A stretch of DNA of 64,000 bases from Protoeuglena noctilucae (Eukaryota). Below the pieces are notes generated by a model. The model saw only the letters and a list, made by a program, of their open reading frames with translations. It made no database searches and was not told where the DNA came from. The stretch covers positions 496,001 through 560,000 of the forward strand of contig OY253681.1 in NCBI GenBank assembly GCA_958009085.1, in the 5' to 3' direction. The translations under genes and the position numbers were made by a program. Positions 1 through 12,343 of the stretch are shown piece after piece. The first letter of the stretch is position 1. Each line of letters starts with the position of its first letter.

Positions 1-1293
1 GCCCGCGCCGCCACAGAGCACCGAGCCACCATCTCCCTCTCCTCCTGCATTGCCACAGACGGGACGACCTAGCGTCAATAGTACCTCAGCAACCCATTTG
101 TCACTATCCAGCACGCCCACGCGAACGAGCCTCGCCTTCGTTGCCGGCGTCTCATCCCCCGCCGCACGCTTGGGCCCGAACCACAGCACCCCATTCACGC
201 CCAGCACCGTGTCCACTCCCAGCCCGGGAATCTCCGTCACGTGCTCCGTCAATCGCTTGACTAGTGTGTGTGGCACGGATATGGACTGGCCCTCCCTGCG
301 CAGCATGAAGGAAAGCAGCTCTGGGTGAGATCCGTCACCGTGCACAGCGAAGCTTTCCCTGCCAGCTGATACCCCCTCCCTCCGTTACTGACTCGCCTAA
401 GCTTCCCAAACTTCTTCCGGACCTGCAAGTTGATGCCCCCGTGCCCCTTCTGCATGTGCACCTCTGCTGAGAGCAAGTCGCCCTCCTGGAACGTGGCCCG
501 CATGATCAGCTCGTCCGCGGCCGTTTGTCGCCGTTGATCGCCCTTGCCCACTGCGGTCACCAACGCATGTCCACTCGCGCATGCCGGCCCTGTCGACACG
601 AGAGCACGCAGATGCATGGCCCAGCCCCTCTCATGTCACCTGACGCCAGCATGAGAACCGCCTCCTGAACGCCGTCGATGTCCACAATCCACCGCCCACC
701 CTGGATCTCTGTGACTCGGCCGACGACCACCTCACCCCCATCTGCCTTGAAGCGACCACGCACTGCGTTGCGGCAACGGCGGCCATTCATGTCACATGCG
801 GCGCACCTGGCTGAAGCCTAGCGAGTGCATCGGAGGCAGCGCCGTCCATGCACACGTACCAGCGCGCACGCGCACGTAGGCGTTTGCTCTTTCCACCGTT
901 CCGCACAGAGACGCCATAAGCTTGTCGCCCTGCTGCCTCGTCCCGTGCCCCCTGCGTGCATGATGGGCGGCTGAGCATAGCTTCTGCAGACAGGGTCAGA
1001 AACATGTCAGGAAAACGGCGCGAAGGACGCTCAGCGCTCACATGATGAGCCCCGAGCGCCCAGACGTGTCGAGCTGGTCCCCTGGCACCGCGATGATGTT
1101 CCCCGCCGTCTCCGCAGATGGGAACGCGCTCTCATCGAACCCATCTCCTGCGCGCAGACGCGAACACGCCACCGCGTTGCTCGCAGGGCCCAGGCTCGCC
1201 CCCAGCACGTCCCCAGGAAGGACTCTGCCCTCCGCATTCGCTCGACGGGCTCGCACCTAGGGGAGACGGGTCGATGGGCCCAACATCTATCAT
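1..1293 (-). CDS. RRP4: Exosome complex component RRP4 (EXOSC2), multi-exon, 3' end runs off the window
   Basis: Spliced translation MIDVGPIDPSPLG..IAVPGDQL..GHGTRQQGDKLMASLCGTVERAN..GEVVVGRVTEIQGGRWIVDI..RRQTAADELIMRATFQEGDLLSAEV..KFGKLREGQSISVPHTLVKR..GVDTVLGVNGVLW matches the S1/KH architecture of Rrp4. ATG at 1293. Confidence 0.88.
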
Positions 1294-1581
1294 GAGCAGT
1301 ACCGCCTCGCCGCGCCCACAGCCCCTGCCGTTTTTGTGCCCGCTGGAGTTAAGACGCCGCGATGGGATTCTGCAATGCCGTCTGTAGGCCGTCTGAAAGC
1401 ATACCATGCAGCAACCGATGGCGCACAATGTGTCTGGCCACACCAGAGGCCGGCACGGTACTTCTGTCCAAACCCTTCCTGACGTTTCATTGGCCTCTTG
1501 TTCTGGGGCGCCGCGAGCCAAAACTCACACGCTGTTGCTTCAAGACGTGCATAACACGCGTACAGGGAGACGGTGCAGCCC

Positions 1582-4103
1582 ATGTCGTCCTCCGAGGACT
1601 CGATGTCCGTCACGGCAAGTTGCGCCGAGCCGCCGGCCCTGGCATCCCGCGCACTGCGCATTCCCGGCCAGTGTGAACGGCTGAATGTTAAGAGCTCAAA
1701 GATACGACAGTAGGCCTTGCGATGGAGCACATTCAAATACAAGAGGAGTGTTAAACCGGCCTTCTCTATTTCTGCTGCCACTGCAGGACGTGGGGGGCGA
1801 GGGCGCGCAGGACGAGGCCTGGAGCGACTGGGAAGAAGAGCAGGGAAACGAGAAGACGCGATCGTTGTTCTCGGGTGCGCTCCCCGGGGGCGTTTCTGCT
1901 GGCCAAACGCTGCTGCGTGTCGCGTTCGACACACAGCTGCGGCCCCACGTTCGCTCCATGCAGATGTGGTGCTGGACTCTGCGGAGGCCGCGATGTCGCA
2001 CGACGCCGAACACTTTGGCTTCGACCTGAGGTGACTGGCCGTATGCCCAGGCCCGCTTGTGCCGGCACGTTCCACTGTGTTCCAGCCCTAACCCTAGCGT
2101 GACGACGATGTGGCGTTCGCAGGGCACTCGTGCGGGAGTTGGGACTGGGCGAGTACGACGTCATCAAGGTGGTGACCTTCGTGCGGCGTAGCGTGGCGGG
2201 GGGCAAGGGGCCCGCGGAGGTGGTGGCGGCCATCCGGCGGCGGGAGGAGTGGGACAGGGACGAGAATCTCATCCCCGTGGACCCTGAGGACCCGATGCTG
2301 TTCGTGGACGTCGGGACGGCCGACTTTGAGCGGGGTGCCCCCGAGCGTGGGTTGGAGTCGCTGTCGTTGGAAGATCGGTGCGCGATGCTCGCTGATGAGA
2401 ACGAGGCGCTGCGGGAGGCCTTGAGGGCCATGGCGGCCGCGTCGGACGACATCCGGGCCGCGAGGGATGGGGCAGGGCCCTCCCAGGAAGACAGGCGAGG
2501 ATGGGGTCGGCAGCTGCTCCACGCCAGGGCGAGCCCACACGCCAAGCTGTGGCCTCCCGTGCTTTGGCGGGTGACAGCGTTGCTTGGCGCTGCTTGCAGA
2601 GAGGGGGGCCAGGCGGGGGCGGCAGCCCAGGCGGCCCGGCGGGTGGAGAACGCCTACTTCGGCTCGTATGCCGCGTCCAACATCCACCGGGAGATGCTGT
2701 CGGACAAGATTCGCACCGATGCGTACCGGCAGGCGCTGGAGGATAACCCGTCGCTCATGAAGGGAGCCCGAGTCCTGGGTGCGTGTCTGACAGAGGCTGA
2801 CATTCGACCAGAAACGTGCAGTTGACATGGATGCCTGGATGAGCTGGCGTCGGCCTTGCAACCGCTCGAGCAAGAACCCTCGTTGCCTGCAGATGTTGGG
2901 TGCGGGACGGGGATCCTCTCGCTTTTTGCAGCCCGGGGCGGGGCGTCGGTGGTCGTGGGGGTGGAGGGGGCGGCGAACATGGCGGGGCTTGCGAGGCAGA
3001 ACATCGCGGCGAATAAGATGGAGGGGAAAGTGCACGTGGTGCAGGGCAAAGTGGAGGAGCTGTGCGGCCAGGATGGGGGGGCGGCAGCCTCCTCGCGCGA
3101 TGGTGGGGCGGGGGCTGGTGGATCTGAGTTGGTCGCTGGGGTGGCCCAGGTCGATTTGCTGGTGTCGGAGTGGATGGGTTACGCTTTGCTCTTCGAGACG
3201 ATGCTCCCCAGCGTGCTCACGGCACGGGACCGGTGGCTGAGGCCCGGAGGGGCCATGCTGCCGGACCGCGCCCGCATCTTTGTCGCACTCGGGGCCCGGT
3301 CTTCCCTCGGAATGGACTTCTGGGACGACGGTGAGTATGTGTCTGTTTCACATGTGCCTTGTGTGGCGTTCTGTGCAATGCGCTTTCCGACGAGCCTCGT
3401 GTCGCTTGGCGGCCGCAGTGTACGGCTTCAACATGGCTCCCATGGCGGACGCGACGCTCCGAGAGGTGATCAAGTCGGGCCTCGTGCGTGAGGTCGCTAG
3501 CCGGGATCTGCTCTCAGAGCCGTGCGTGGTTAAGGACTTCGATTTGACGACCGTGCATGCCCGCGAGCTGGACTTCACCGCTTCGTATTCCCTGACCCTC
3601 ACGTGAGTGCGGGGCTTCCGTAAGGACAGCTGGCTGTCACGTGGCAGTGCGTGTTATGACAGCGTGACGTGGCACGTTGCAGGCCTGGGTCAGAGGAGGC
3701 GGAGGTGCACGCGCTGGTGTTGTGGTTCGACACGGAATTCTCCGATCGGTTCTGCAAGGAGAAGCCCGTGCTGCTGACGACCAGCCCCCACGAGGGGCAG
3801 ACGCACTGGGCGCAGACGGGTGCGTTGGGTGCCGTGAGCGACGCGAGCCAGCGCGTCTGCGGTGTGCAATTGCCGTAACCACGAGCGCAACGACGGGGCC
3901 CGCCTTCACTGCATGCAGTAATACCGTGCAGCCCGGCGTTCCGCGTGCGGGGCGGCGCTGCCGTGAAGGGCGTCGTCAGCTTTGCCAGGTCCAAGGAGCA
4001 CCGCGCCCTGGACATCAGCGTGACGTGCGAGCTCGAGAACGCGGGGCATGGGGCGCCCGCTCTGGTCAGCACCAACACCGTCACCATGTCGGTCGTTGGC
4101 TGA
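1582..4103 (+). CDS. PRMT3: Protein arginine N-methyltransferase, PRMT3-like, multi-exon
   Basis: Acidic N-terminus (EAWSDWEEE) and an HFGFDL..LGLGEYDVIKVVTFVR segment typical of PRMT3. Catalytic motifs: YFGSYA..IHREMLSDKIRTDAYR, DVGCGTGILSLFAA, VDLLVSEWMGYALLFETML, and the THW loop (TTSPHEGQTHWAQT). The stop position is less certain. Confidence 0.88.
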
Positions 4104-4195
4104 CGGGCTGCAGGTACTCGGCGCAGGCGCAGTCCCGTATCTCATATCTCAGGCCTTTCAATCCGTGTGCGACCCTCACAAGCAGCGCGTCGCTG

Positions 4196-5978
4196 TCATG
4201 TGTTGGGCTTTTTCTCAACGCGCGCTCTGTGTGCCACGGCCGCAAGCTCCCCCCGCTCCGCCATCGCCTTGAGGAGGTTGAAGATGAGCGGCACGTAGTT
4301 GTGGCGCCGCCGCACGTTCTCGTCGTGCCACCGCCGCCGCTTGTCCTCCTCCACCGCCAGCATGTCCTGCAGTCAGGTCTCCACGGGTGGCCTGTCCATG
4401 CGCATACGCGGTAGTACACCCTCGCCTCGCGTCAAACAGGGTCGTGACGCGACAAACACCCAAGAGTCAAAGCGGCTCGGGTGGCTCTGATAAGCTCAAG
4501 CCCGGCCTCGCGCCCTTAGGGCTCACTTTGAGTTGCACGACCTGCGACAAGCCCATCTCCACCTCCTCGTCCCTGCCCGCCGCCCCCGCCGCGTCCGGTG
4601 CACTGGTCGCGGTCGACGCCCCGCCCTCTCGCGGTCCCTGCGGGTGCGGGGATTTAAGAGACACGCGTCAACTGCATGTCATGCGCTACGACCTGACTTG
4701 GCTGGGTTGATGCCGAGGGCGGGCGGAACTACATCACAAAACACGCACACATCCAGTCTCATGCAGTTCCAGTCAGGACCAGTTCTTGCACCCACATCAC
4801 GCTCTCATGCGCTTCACCTGCAGTTCCCGCACGCGCCCCTCCAATGCTTCGATCTTCTCCCGCAGCGTCACCCGCGTGTCCTTCACCACGGCCATGAGGT
4901 TGAAACGTATCTCCTTCTCGCTGTAACGCGCCATGCGCTCCTGCGAGAGAGAGCCGCACGAGAGTGGCCATGCCAGCTGCCCCGTCCTGGTCATGCCGCC
5001 GTGGCAAGTGAGACCTCGGCCTCCTACCTGCACAATGGGCCCGATCTTGTCGAGCCAGTCGTCCTCCCCGGACCCCACGCTGCACAGCTTGATGGGCCCC
5101 GGCTTGAGGCCATCGAGCTCGTAGAGCGCCCCCTTGAACGGCACGTAGCTGCGTGGACGACCCAGGTGCTGCCATCGTCGCGTGCCCATCGCACCACCTG
5201 CGCGGCAAGCGTCACATTTCCCTCGCAAGGAAGGACGCCACGCACCTGATGAAATGGAAGGCCTCTCCCTTCTTGTCCTTTTCGTCGTCCTCAGGAACGA
5301 AAGGGTCGGGCCGCTGGAAGGAGTTGTGGGCCTGGCGGATCGCCTCCGCGTTGCTGATGGCCAGCCCCTTCATCTCCGGCGTGAAACCCGCCGTGAAGTC
5401 CTGCGAGCGCAAAGCGAGAGCCACGGCTGATGGGCAGCCTGCAGCCGGGCAGCTGCACCAGCGTGCGCGCTTTGCCCGGGCGCGCCTTGAGATCCTGCAG
5501 GTGGTTGCCGAGGTCGAGGCCCGGAGCGTTGAAGACGACCGATAGGATGGCCTGCGTGGCACAGGCGTTCGTTATTACTTGCTGGGCGAAGAACAGGTCT
5601 GCGTCGGAGCTCTCCTCCACCGGCCGGGGGTCCTCCTCCCGCTGCCACTGCGCGTGAGAGAGCGATAGATATGCTCAAGTTGGCTCTCACAGAGAGATTC
5701 GCGTTTCATCGCGGATCCGCGCTGCCACGCACCTTGAAGAGGAAGACGACGCCATAGACGGGCGCCAATTGGGAGAGGGACTCCTTGTCCAGCGACCACA
5801 GCTCCTCAACCTGCGCAAGAGGCCTCCAAGGTCAAGGCGGGGGCGCTCCGCAGAGAATCGGTCGATGTGCAAGCGCTTTTCGGAAACCGAAGCAGACCTG
5901 GAGTCCCTGCGCCCCCATCGCCTCGAGAAGGGCGGTAAACACGCCGGGATCCGACTCTATCAGCGTCCACTCCGACAT
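4196..5978 (-). CDS. UCHL5: Ubiquitin C-terminal hydrolase UCH37/UCHL5-like, multi-exon
   Basis: [33 protein letters not shown] (catalytic Cys), EAFHFI (His), [12 protein letters not shown] (Asp), [10 protein letters not shown] and the C-terminal [24 protein letters not shown] at 4198-4196. Confidence 0.93.
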
Positions 5979-6311
5979 GTCCGCCCACAAGACGGCCTGG
6001 AAACGCGAGAGGTAAAGGAGGCGTCGCTGCAGCGCTGCCCTGGTTGCCGTCGCCAGCCAACGCGTCCTCCGCGTGCTGCTGAAACGTCGGGATCGCAAGC
6101 TCATGAGCGTGGACTGCAGCTCCTTGCTTACGGAGCACTGCACGGCGCCGACACTGGCGCGCACATGCCAGAGCGCTGGAGCTTTGCAATGTGCGCCTAA
6201 CCCTGCCTTGTTCTGCACTCCTATCGACTGCCAACTGCTGGGCCATCCTTGGGCTGCTCAGTAAAATCGCTCGACGAGCGCCCACTCCCCTAGCAGCAGT
6301 GCCTCGTCGCG

Positions 6312-8075
6312 ATGTCTCGCCGCGTAGCGCTGTCCGAGCGGGAGCAGCTGGAGCTGGCTTTGCTCCTGTCCAAAATTGAGTTCGAGGAGGAGGCACAGGA
6401 CAGGGAAACACGTCGCGCGGCGAGCTCACCACGCGGTCAACCAGGTATTGTGCTCTTTGTCCGCGCCCGCCGCTGGTGACAACGAAGGGCCGTAAAAATA
6501 CGGGTTACTGATACGAAGCATCACGATCGTGCTCTCCAGGCGGGCAAGCGGGACCCAGTGCGGCTCCCCGGCCGGGAGGCAGCGCTGCACCCCGAGCGGA
6601 GCCCAGTGCCGCTCCCCGAGCGGAGCCAAGCGCTGCTTCCCCAGCGGGGGCTAATGCTGCTCCTCGAGCGGGGCCCAGTGCCGCTCCTCGGGCCGACCCG
6701 CCGGCGGACCCCTGCGCTATCTGCAAGCAAGACCTCGGGAACGTGGGTTATGTCTTGCACCCAACGACCAAGCTCAAAATTCACAACCATTGCTTCCGTT
6801 GCCACGTCTGCAAGAGACCCATTGGTTGCAACTTCTCGAGGTCCCCTGATAATGACAGCCTTTTCCCGGTAAGGTTGGAGTGGGGGGCATTGTGAGCATG
6901 GCGTGTGCTCACAGGACTGCGCTCCCAGGACTGCGCTCCCATAAAACGTCCGCACCCCCACTCGGACCCTCGCAGCACCCTGAATGCAAGCCGGAGACTC
7001 GCCCCCAAAAGAAAGCATCGGAGCACGTCTGCCGTGTCTGCGGCGACAAGACGCACTACTTCTACGGTAAGCTGCCCCAGTAGCTCAGCAGTAACCAGCG
7101 CATTGTCCGGCTGAGGTGTTTGGGCAGATGGTCAGTCTTCAGCCTCGTGCACGTACTCGCAGTGAGTCACTTCTGGAAGGACGAGTACTGCGTGCGCCAC
7201 GGCAGCGACGGCACCCCCCAATGCGACTCCTGTGGGCGCATGCGGGCAAAGGGGGCGCCAGACTTCCTCCCGGTCGACGATAACCGCGCCATCTGCCACC
7301 CCTGCACCGCCACCGTCCTCATGGACACGCTGGAAGCCAGGCCGCTGTACAACCAGGTGCTAGAATTTTTCAAGAGCAAGGGCATGGCACTGGTGAGAGG
7401 GCATCGACCTGGCCAGCATGCCAATATAACAGCACCGAGTCGCCGTCCGCGGAGTGGCGCATGACGTCCTGGCCCGTGACCCGCAGAGCGTGGCACCGTC
7501 GATGGGGCTGGTGGGCAGGACGGCTCTGAACGAAGCCAGGGCCAAATCGAAAGGTTGCTCGTTCACCTGCGGAATGACGTTCAGCGAGCGGACATGGAGG
7601 GCCGGCGGGCCAGTCGAGGTCTTCGTGAGTCGCAAGCCGTGGCCGTACGCGGCATGGCTAGGCCGCAGAGATTGATTCTTCTGCAGCCACGAACGGCCGA
7701 CTCTCGTCAGCGTGCCTGCAGGTGACGGGCATCCTTGTACTCAAAGGATACACTCGCCTTCGGACGGGTGCCATCATGGCCCACGAGTGCATGCATGCGT
7801 GGCTGCGCTATGAGCACATCGACGGCATGGCCAGGGACGACGAGGAAGGCATGTGCGAGCTGATGGGGTTTCTGTGGTTGGAATCGCAGTGCCACGCAGG
7901 CGCCTCGTCGTCGCGTGCCTCGGATGACGGGATGCGCGACTACCTCAAGCAGCGTTTGGAGGAGAACACGGACCCCGTGTACGGAGGCGGCCTGCGGAAG
8001 GCTCTCCGGGCCTACCGGGCGTTCGGGTTGCAGCGGCTCGTCAATCACGTGCGTGGAGCGAAGGCACTCCCTTAG
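6312..8075 (+). CDS. DA1-like ubiquitin-activated zinc peptidase, copy 1 (UIM + LIM + LIM-like + DA1 peptidase domain)
   Basis: Exon 1 MSRRVALSEREQLELALLLSKIE is UIM-like. LIM: CAICKQDL..IHNHCFRCHVCKRPI. LIM-like: HPEC..CRVC..HFWKDEYCVRH..PQCDSCGRM..ICHPC. Peptidase: TGAIMAHECMHAWLR and EEGMCELM, then DPVYGGGLR. Confidence 0.88.
6554..6697 (+). repeat. Six degenerate 24-bp coding tandem repeats (PSAAPRAE-like octapeptide)
   Basis: Units such as CCCAGTGCCGCTCCCCGAGCGGAG / CCCAGTGCCGCTCCTCGGGCCGAC translate as PSAAPRPG GSAAPRAE PSAAPRAE PSAASPAG ANAAPRAG PSAAPRAD. Confidence 0.85.
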
Positions 8076-8333
8076 TGCTGCTGAGGAGCCATCATGTGTC
8101 CTGTCCAGTCGGACCGTCCTTAGTCGGACTAAGACTCCGGGAATCCGGGACTTTGGAGGCGGGACGAGCTGCTCATCTAGTTGATTCAGGCAGGCAAACC
8201 ACAAGTCCTGATTCAATGATTGAATGCCATCACCAATGGACCCAGAACACTCACGTCATGCGCGTGATAGACCGACAGAGTGCACTGAGACGTCTGCTGT
8301 GCACGAGAGAGGCCGGTATTGCGTCCCCAACAC

Positions 8334-10284
8334 ATGCATCGGACTGCATTGACCGAGGAGGAGGAGCTGGAACTCGCGCTGGCGCTCTCCTCCGCCGAAG
8401 TCGCTCAGCACGAAAGGAAGGCATGGGCAGCTCCTCCCCCTGGGCGGTCAAACCCAGCCAGGAGCGCGCCGCGGGCCCAACAAGGTGGGGTGGGGCGTGG
8501 CTGTTCCCTCCGCGTCGCGAAGGTGAAATGACTTCGCTCGCGTGACTTCATCCTGGCAAAGAATGACTCTCGCAGCATCCGCGCGGAATGCCGCGGGGTC
8601 CGCGGCAAGCCCCAAGGGGAGCGGTCACCCGGTGCGCCCCCCTGGCCTCCTGGATCGCGTAGCGGATGCTGTCCAGTCCAAGTCGGGGTCCGCCTCGGGG
8701 TCCTCGACGCCGGCCACGAGGAGCAACAGCGCGCCGCTGTCGAAGCACGCCAGCATCGGCAACGACGACGCCCCGGCCACAGCGACCCATGAGCGTGGTT
8801 CGAAGAGCCGGCTCTCCCCAGGCCACGCCGCGAGCCACGCCGGCTACGCCTCCTCGTGCCCCATCTGCGGGCTGCCCCTCGGAGCAGGGACGCACGTGCG
8901 GCAGCCGACCACGGGCGCGCCCATCCACATGGCCTGCTTCAAGTGCGGGTTGTGCGGGGAGCCCATCACCGAGCAGTTCACCATCTCCCATGAGAACAAC
9001 ACGATACCCCTGGTAACCAGGTCATGGGTGTGCGAGACCTCGCACGCGTGGCCTGATACCTACCGCGTGCGACCTTGTGTGGCTCGCCTGCCCCCGCAGC
9101 ATCCCAAGTGCGCCGAGCAGATGTACCTGCCGCAATGCCGGGTGTCAGGCGCGCTCATGAACAAGTTCAGCAGTGAGTGGATGCCGCTGCGGCCGCGTAG
9201 GGGCGGTTGACCCCCGCAGCCTCGCGTGACGCGTGACGTGACGAGCAGCATGCCCCGCGTCCCGCAGCCCACCCGTTCTGGCAGGACACCTACTGCCCCA
9301 AGCACCACACGGACGGCACCCCCCGTTGCGACTCCTGCGAGCGGATGCACGCCAAGGACGCGCCGTCCTACCATCGCGTAGACGAGGCCCGTGTCGTTTG
9401 CGACCAGTGCATTAACACTGTGCTGCTGGAGACGGCGGACGCGCAGCCGCTGTACCGGGAGGTATTGGCTTTCTTCGCAAGCCAAGTGATGGCTTTGGTG
9501 AGGATGCGTGCACGTAGCAAGGCGTGGTGGTGCGATGGCTGGGGTTGCCAAGCGAGGACAATTCATGTCGACTGCGCCCAGGATGCCATGCCGCCCCTGG
9601 GGCTGGTCGAGGAGTCGGCGCTGAATGCCTCCGCGAGGGACCCCAAGGCCCGACACGCCGGGCACCAGCGCCAGTGTCGGGGAATGACGTTCGCTGAAAT
9701 GCACCAGCGCATGGTCAGGCGGGGTTTGGGTCCTGCGGTGCCGGACGGGCCACCCGTGGTGGAGGTGAAAACCAGTGCGGGACACGCTGGCACGACCCGA
9801 CAGGGCCTGGGTCACGGTGCGCGATACCAGGCCTACGATGCCCGCAGGTCAATGCCATTTTCGCCCTGAAAGGCTTCCCACGCCTGACCACGGGCGTCAT
9901 CACGGCACACGAGGTCATGCACGCGTATTTGAAGTGCCAGGGGCTCGTCAACTTGCGTCCCGAGGTCGAGGAGGGGTTGTGCGAGTTGATGGGTGAGCGA
10001 GATGACCCGAGCTCGCAACGCCCTCAGCATCGCCCCGGTGTTGTAAGGCAATCCGCACATCGCGTTCCGCGCCCTCAGGACGCCTGTGGCTGGAGGCGCA
10101 GCCCCAGGCCTCCAATGCCAGCCCCTTCGAGGGCAAGATGCGTGAGTTCTTGCTATGGCATCAGGAGCACAACCAGGACTCCGTGTACGGAGGGGGCTTC
10201 CGGAGCGTACTGAGGGCATACCGCAAGCACGGGCTGAGGAAGGTCCTTGACCACGTGCGGAGGACTAAGGCCCTCCCGACATGA
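8334..10284 (+). CDS. DA1-like ubiquitin-activated zinc peptidase, copy 2
   Basis: MHRTALTEEEELELALALSSAE (UIM). LIM: CPICGLPL..IHMACFKCGLCGEPI. Then HPKC..QCRVSG, HPFWQDTYCPKHHTDGTPRCDSCERM, TGVITAHEVMHAYLK, VEEGLCELM and DSVYGGGFRSVL. Shares intron positions with copy 1 (e.g. after MAL|). Confidence 0.88.
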
Positions 10285-10354
10285 GCGACATGCACCGCTT
10301 GCAGTTCGCGTGTTGCTGTGCCTTATCGCGCTATCTGTTTCAAGCCTCCCTACC

Positions 10355-11673
10355 CTAGCTCTTGGCGGCTGGGTTGGTTCGGACGCGCGTCTGCGACAAG
10401 CTCATGCCCCCTCTCGGCCTCAGCCCCGGGATCTGCCCCGCGGTGGGCCGGTGCATCGTCTTGACCTGCCTGTCCGTGTAGCCCCACGGCTCTCCCCCAT
10501 GCCAGTGCAGGTCGTAGTGCGACTCGTACCGAATCTTCTGCGTCTGCTCCGACATGGCGCGCCGCGAGTGCCGGAAGGTCTCGTTCTCCACGCGGGGCGG
10601 CTCCACGGCGCGCCGCGTGCGCGAGAGGGCCTCGGGAGGGAAGGCCGGGTCCTGGCACAGAAGCGCGGGGACGCCCGCCACCTCCCGGCCCTTGCTCACG
10701 GGCCGCTTGCCCACCTTCCCCATCTCCTGCGCCACCAGGACGTTGTCCGGCCGGCCGTCCCACAGCAGCGCCTCCTTGTCCACCACCGTCTTGACGGCCG
10801 GCACATCCTCCACCCGGGCCTTGCCCTTGCGGGGGTTGACCTTCATGTGCCCGATCCAGAGATCCCCCAAAGGGTCCTTGGCCCTCGGCGCAGGGCCTCC
10901 CAGTGCCGGCGTGTGCAGCGCCTCCTGCTGAATGACCGGGAAGAGGTCCTTGCGGCCCTGCCTGCGGGAGGAGGGTTTGGGCGCGCTGGTGGACGCCACC
11001 GTCGACGTGCGCGACCCGGCAGCGCCACGTCGCGCGGCCAGACGCCTCACCGCTGCGCCGGGTCCTCGTTGTGTAGGCGTCCCTTGGCCGGATCGATTAG
11101 ACCGTGCCCCAGCCAGCTGTCGTCGGCCGGCTTGCCGGGGTTGCGCTGGTTCACCACGTCGAACAGATCCCTCCGCCCCTTGGGGTCCAGCGGGGCCTCC
11201 ATGTGCCGCCGGCCGACCTTGGGGTCGACCAGGAAGTTGCCCATCCAGCTGTCGGCGCGCGTGTCGGCGTTGGACGCGTGAGCCATCGTGTCGAACATGC
11301 GCGTCGCGTCGTGCCTGGGGTCGCCTTGCCGCGTGTTGAACCCCTTCTTCTGGTCCTGCACAGCACGGCCGGGCACGGGTCAGCCAGCGCCGGCGGGAGC
11401 ACTTGGGACCCCTGCAGGGCTGTGGACCATCCTCTAGGCCGCCCTCGCCTGCATCCAAGGCGGGTTCATGCCGCGCCCGTGGTACTTGTGCCGCTGCTCC
11501 TCCGTGCCATACCGCGTCTCTGCGTAGTCCGCCCCGATGGAGTGCACGTTCTTGTGGTAGATGTCGCCGAACGGGGTCAGGCTCGTGCGGGGGAAGTGCT
11601 GCGGGACGTCCGTGCCGCTCTGGACCGTCGCGAACGACGTCGCCCCGTGCGTCGAGCGATAGCTGTTGAGCAT
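10355..11673 (-). CDS. Probable flagellar microtubule-inner protein, resembling Chlamydomonas FAP129 (recalled similarity, unverified)
   Basis: Three exons with an internal repeat DxW[LMI]Gxxx[IV][DN]PxxG[RK] and GR[RK]DLFxV. The segment DPKGRRDLFDVVNQRNPGKPADDSWLGHGLIDPAKG resembles my recollection of FAP129. Confidence 0.55.
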
Positions 11674-12343
11674 CTCCCCCCAGCTGCGGCGGGGGAGCGC
11701 GAGGCGCGGGACATGGTGCAGCTGTGCATGGCGGCGAGGGTTAGGCAGGCCAGGGCGCATCGTCGAAGCGAGCGCCGCGTCATAGCACACGCAAGTGACT
11801 GACATGAATCGTACGACGTGCACGGGAACGCGCGAGACGCCCTGCGTCGCCAACGCTGCAGAGCTGCCTGTGCACATGCAGCCACCTCCAGCGTCCGGGC
11901 CTTTTACCTCTTCGCGTCGGTGTCCGTCTGAAACACCATGGCCGCTCTCAAGCTTCCAACATCGGCCTCCTCAGCCCCTGCGACGCGGCCGCGCGCACGC
12001 GCTTGCCACCCCAGACCCTCCCCAGGACGTGTCCGAGCTGTCCACGCGCGCAGATGATGCAGGACGACGATTGGCAGGTCCCGACAATATGTTGAGATAA
12101 CTGTGGGGCTGGAGGGCCACAGCCACAGCCTGCTAAGGGCGAAATCCACTTGCCAGAATAGGGTGTGGTCCGTGCGTCCCGGCGATTTCCCCCGCTGAAG
12201 GCGCCGACATTCGCGGCACTTGTTTACTTAACCTAGCGCGGAGGCTGTGGCACGGAGGCTGGCACAGTGGAAGATTTTCGCGGTGCCCGCGCGCCGAACC
12301 GCGCCGGCGGTGATTATTCGCATGCTTTCTTCAGCCGAGGACG

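Noticed and set aside
6554..6697. Regular short repeats that might be a CRISPR-like array
   Set aside because: Degenerate head-to-tail 24-mers without unique spacers, in frame inside a eukaryotic exon.
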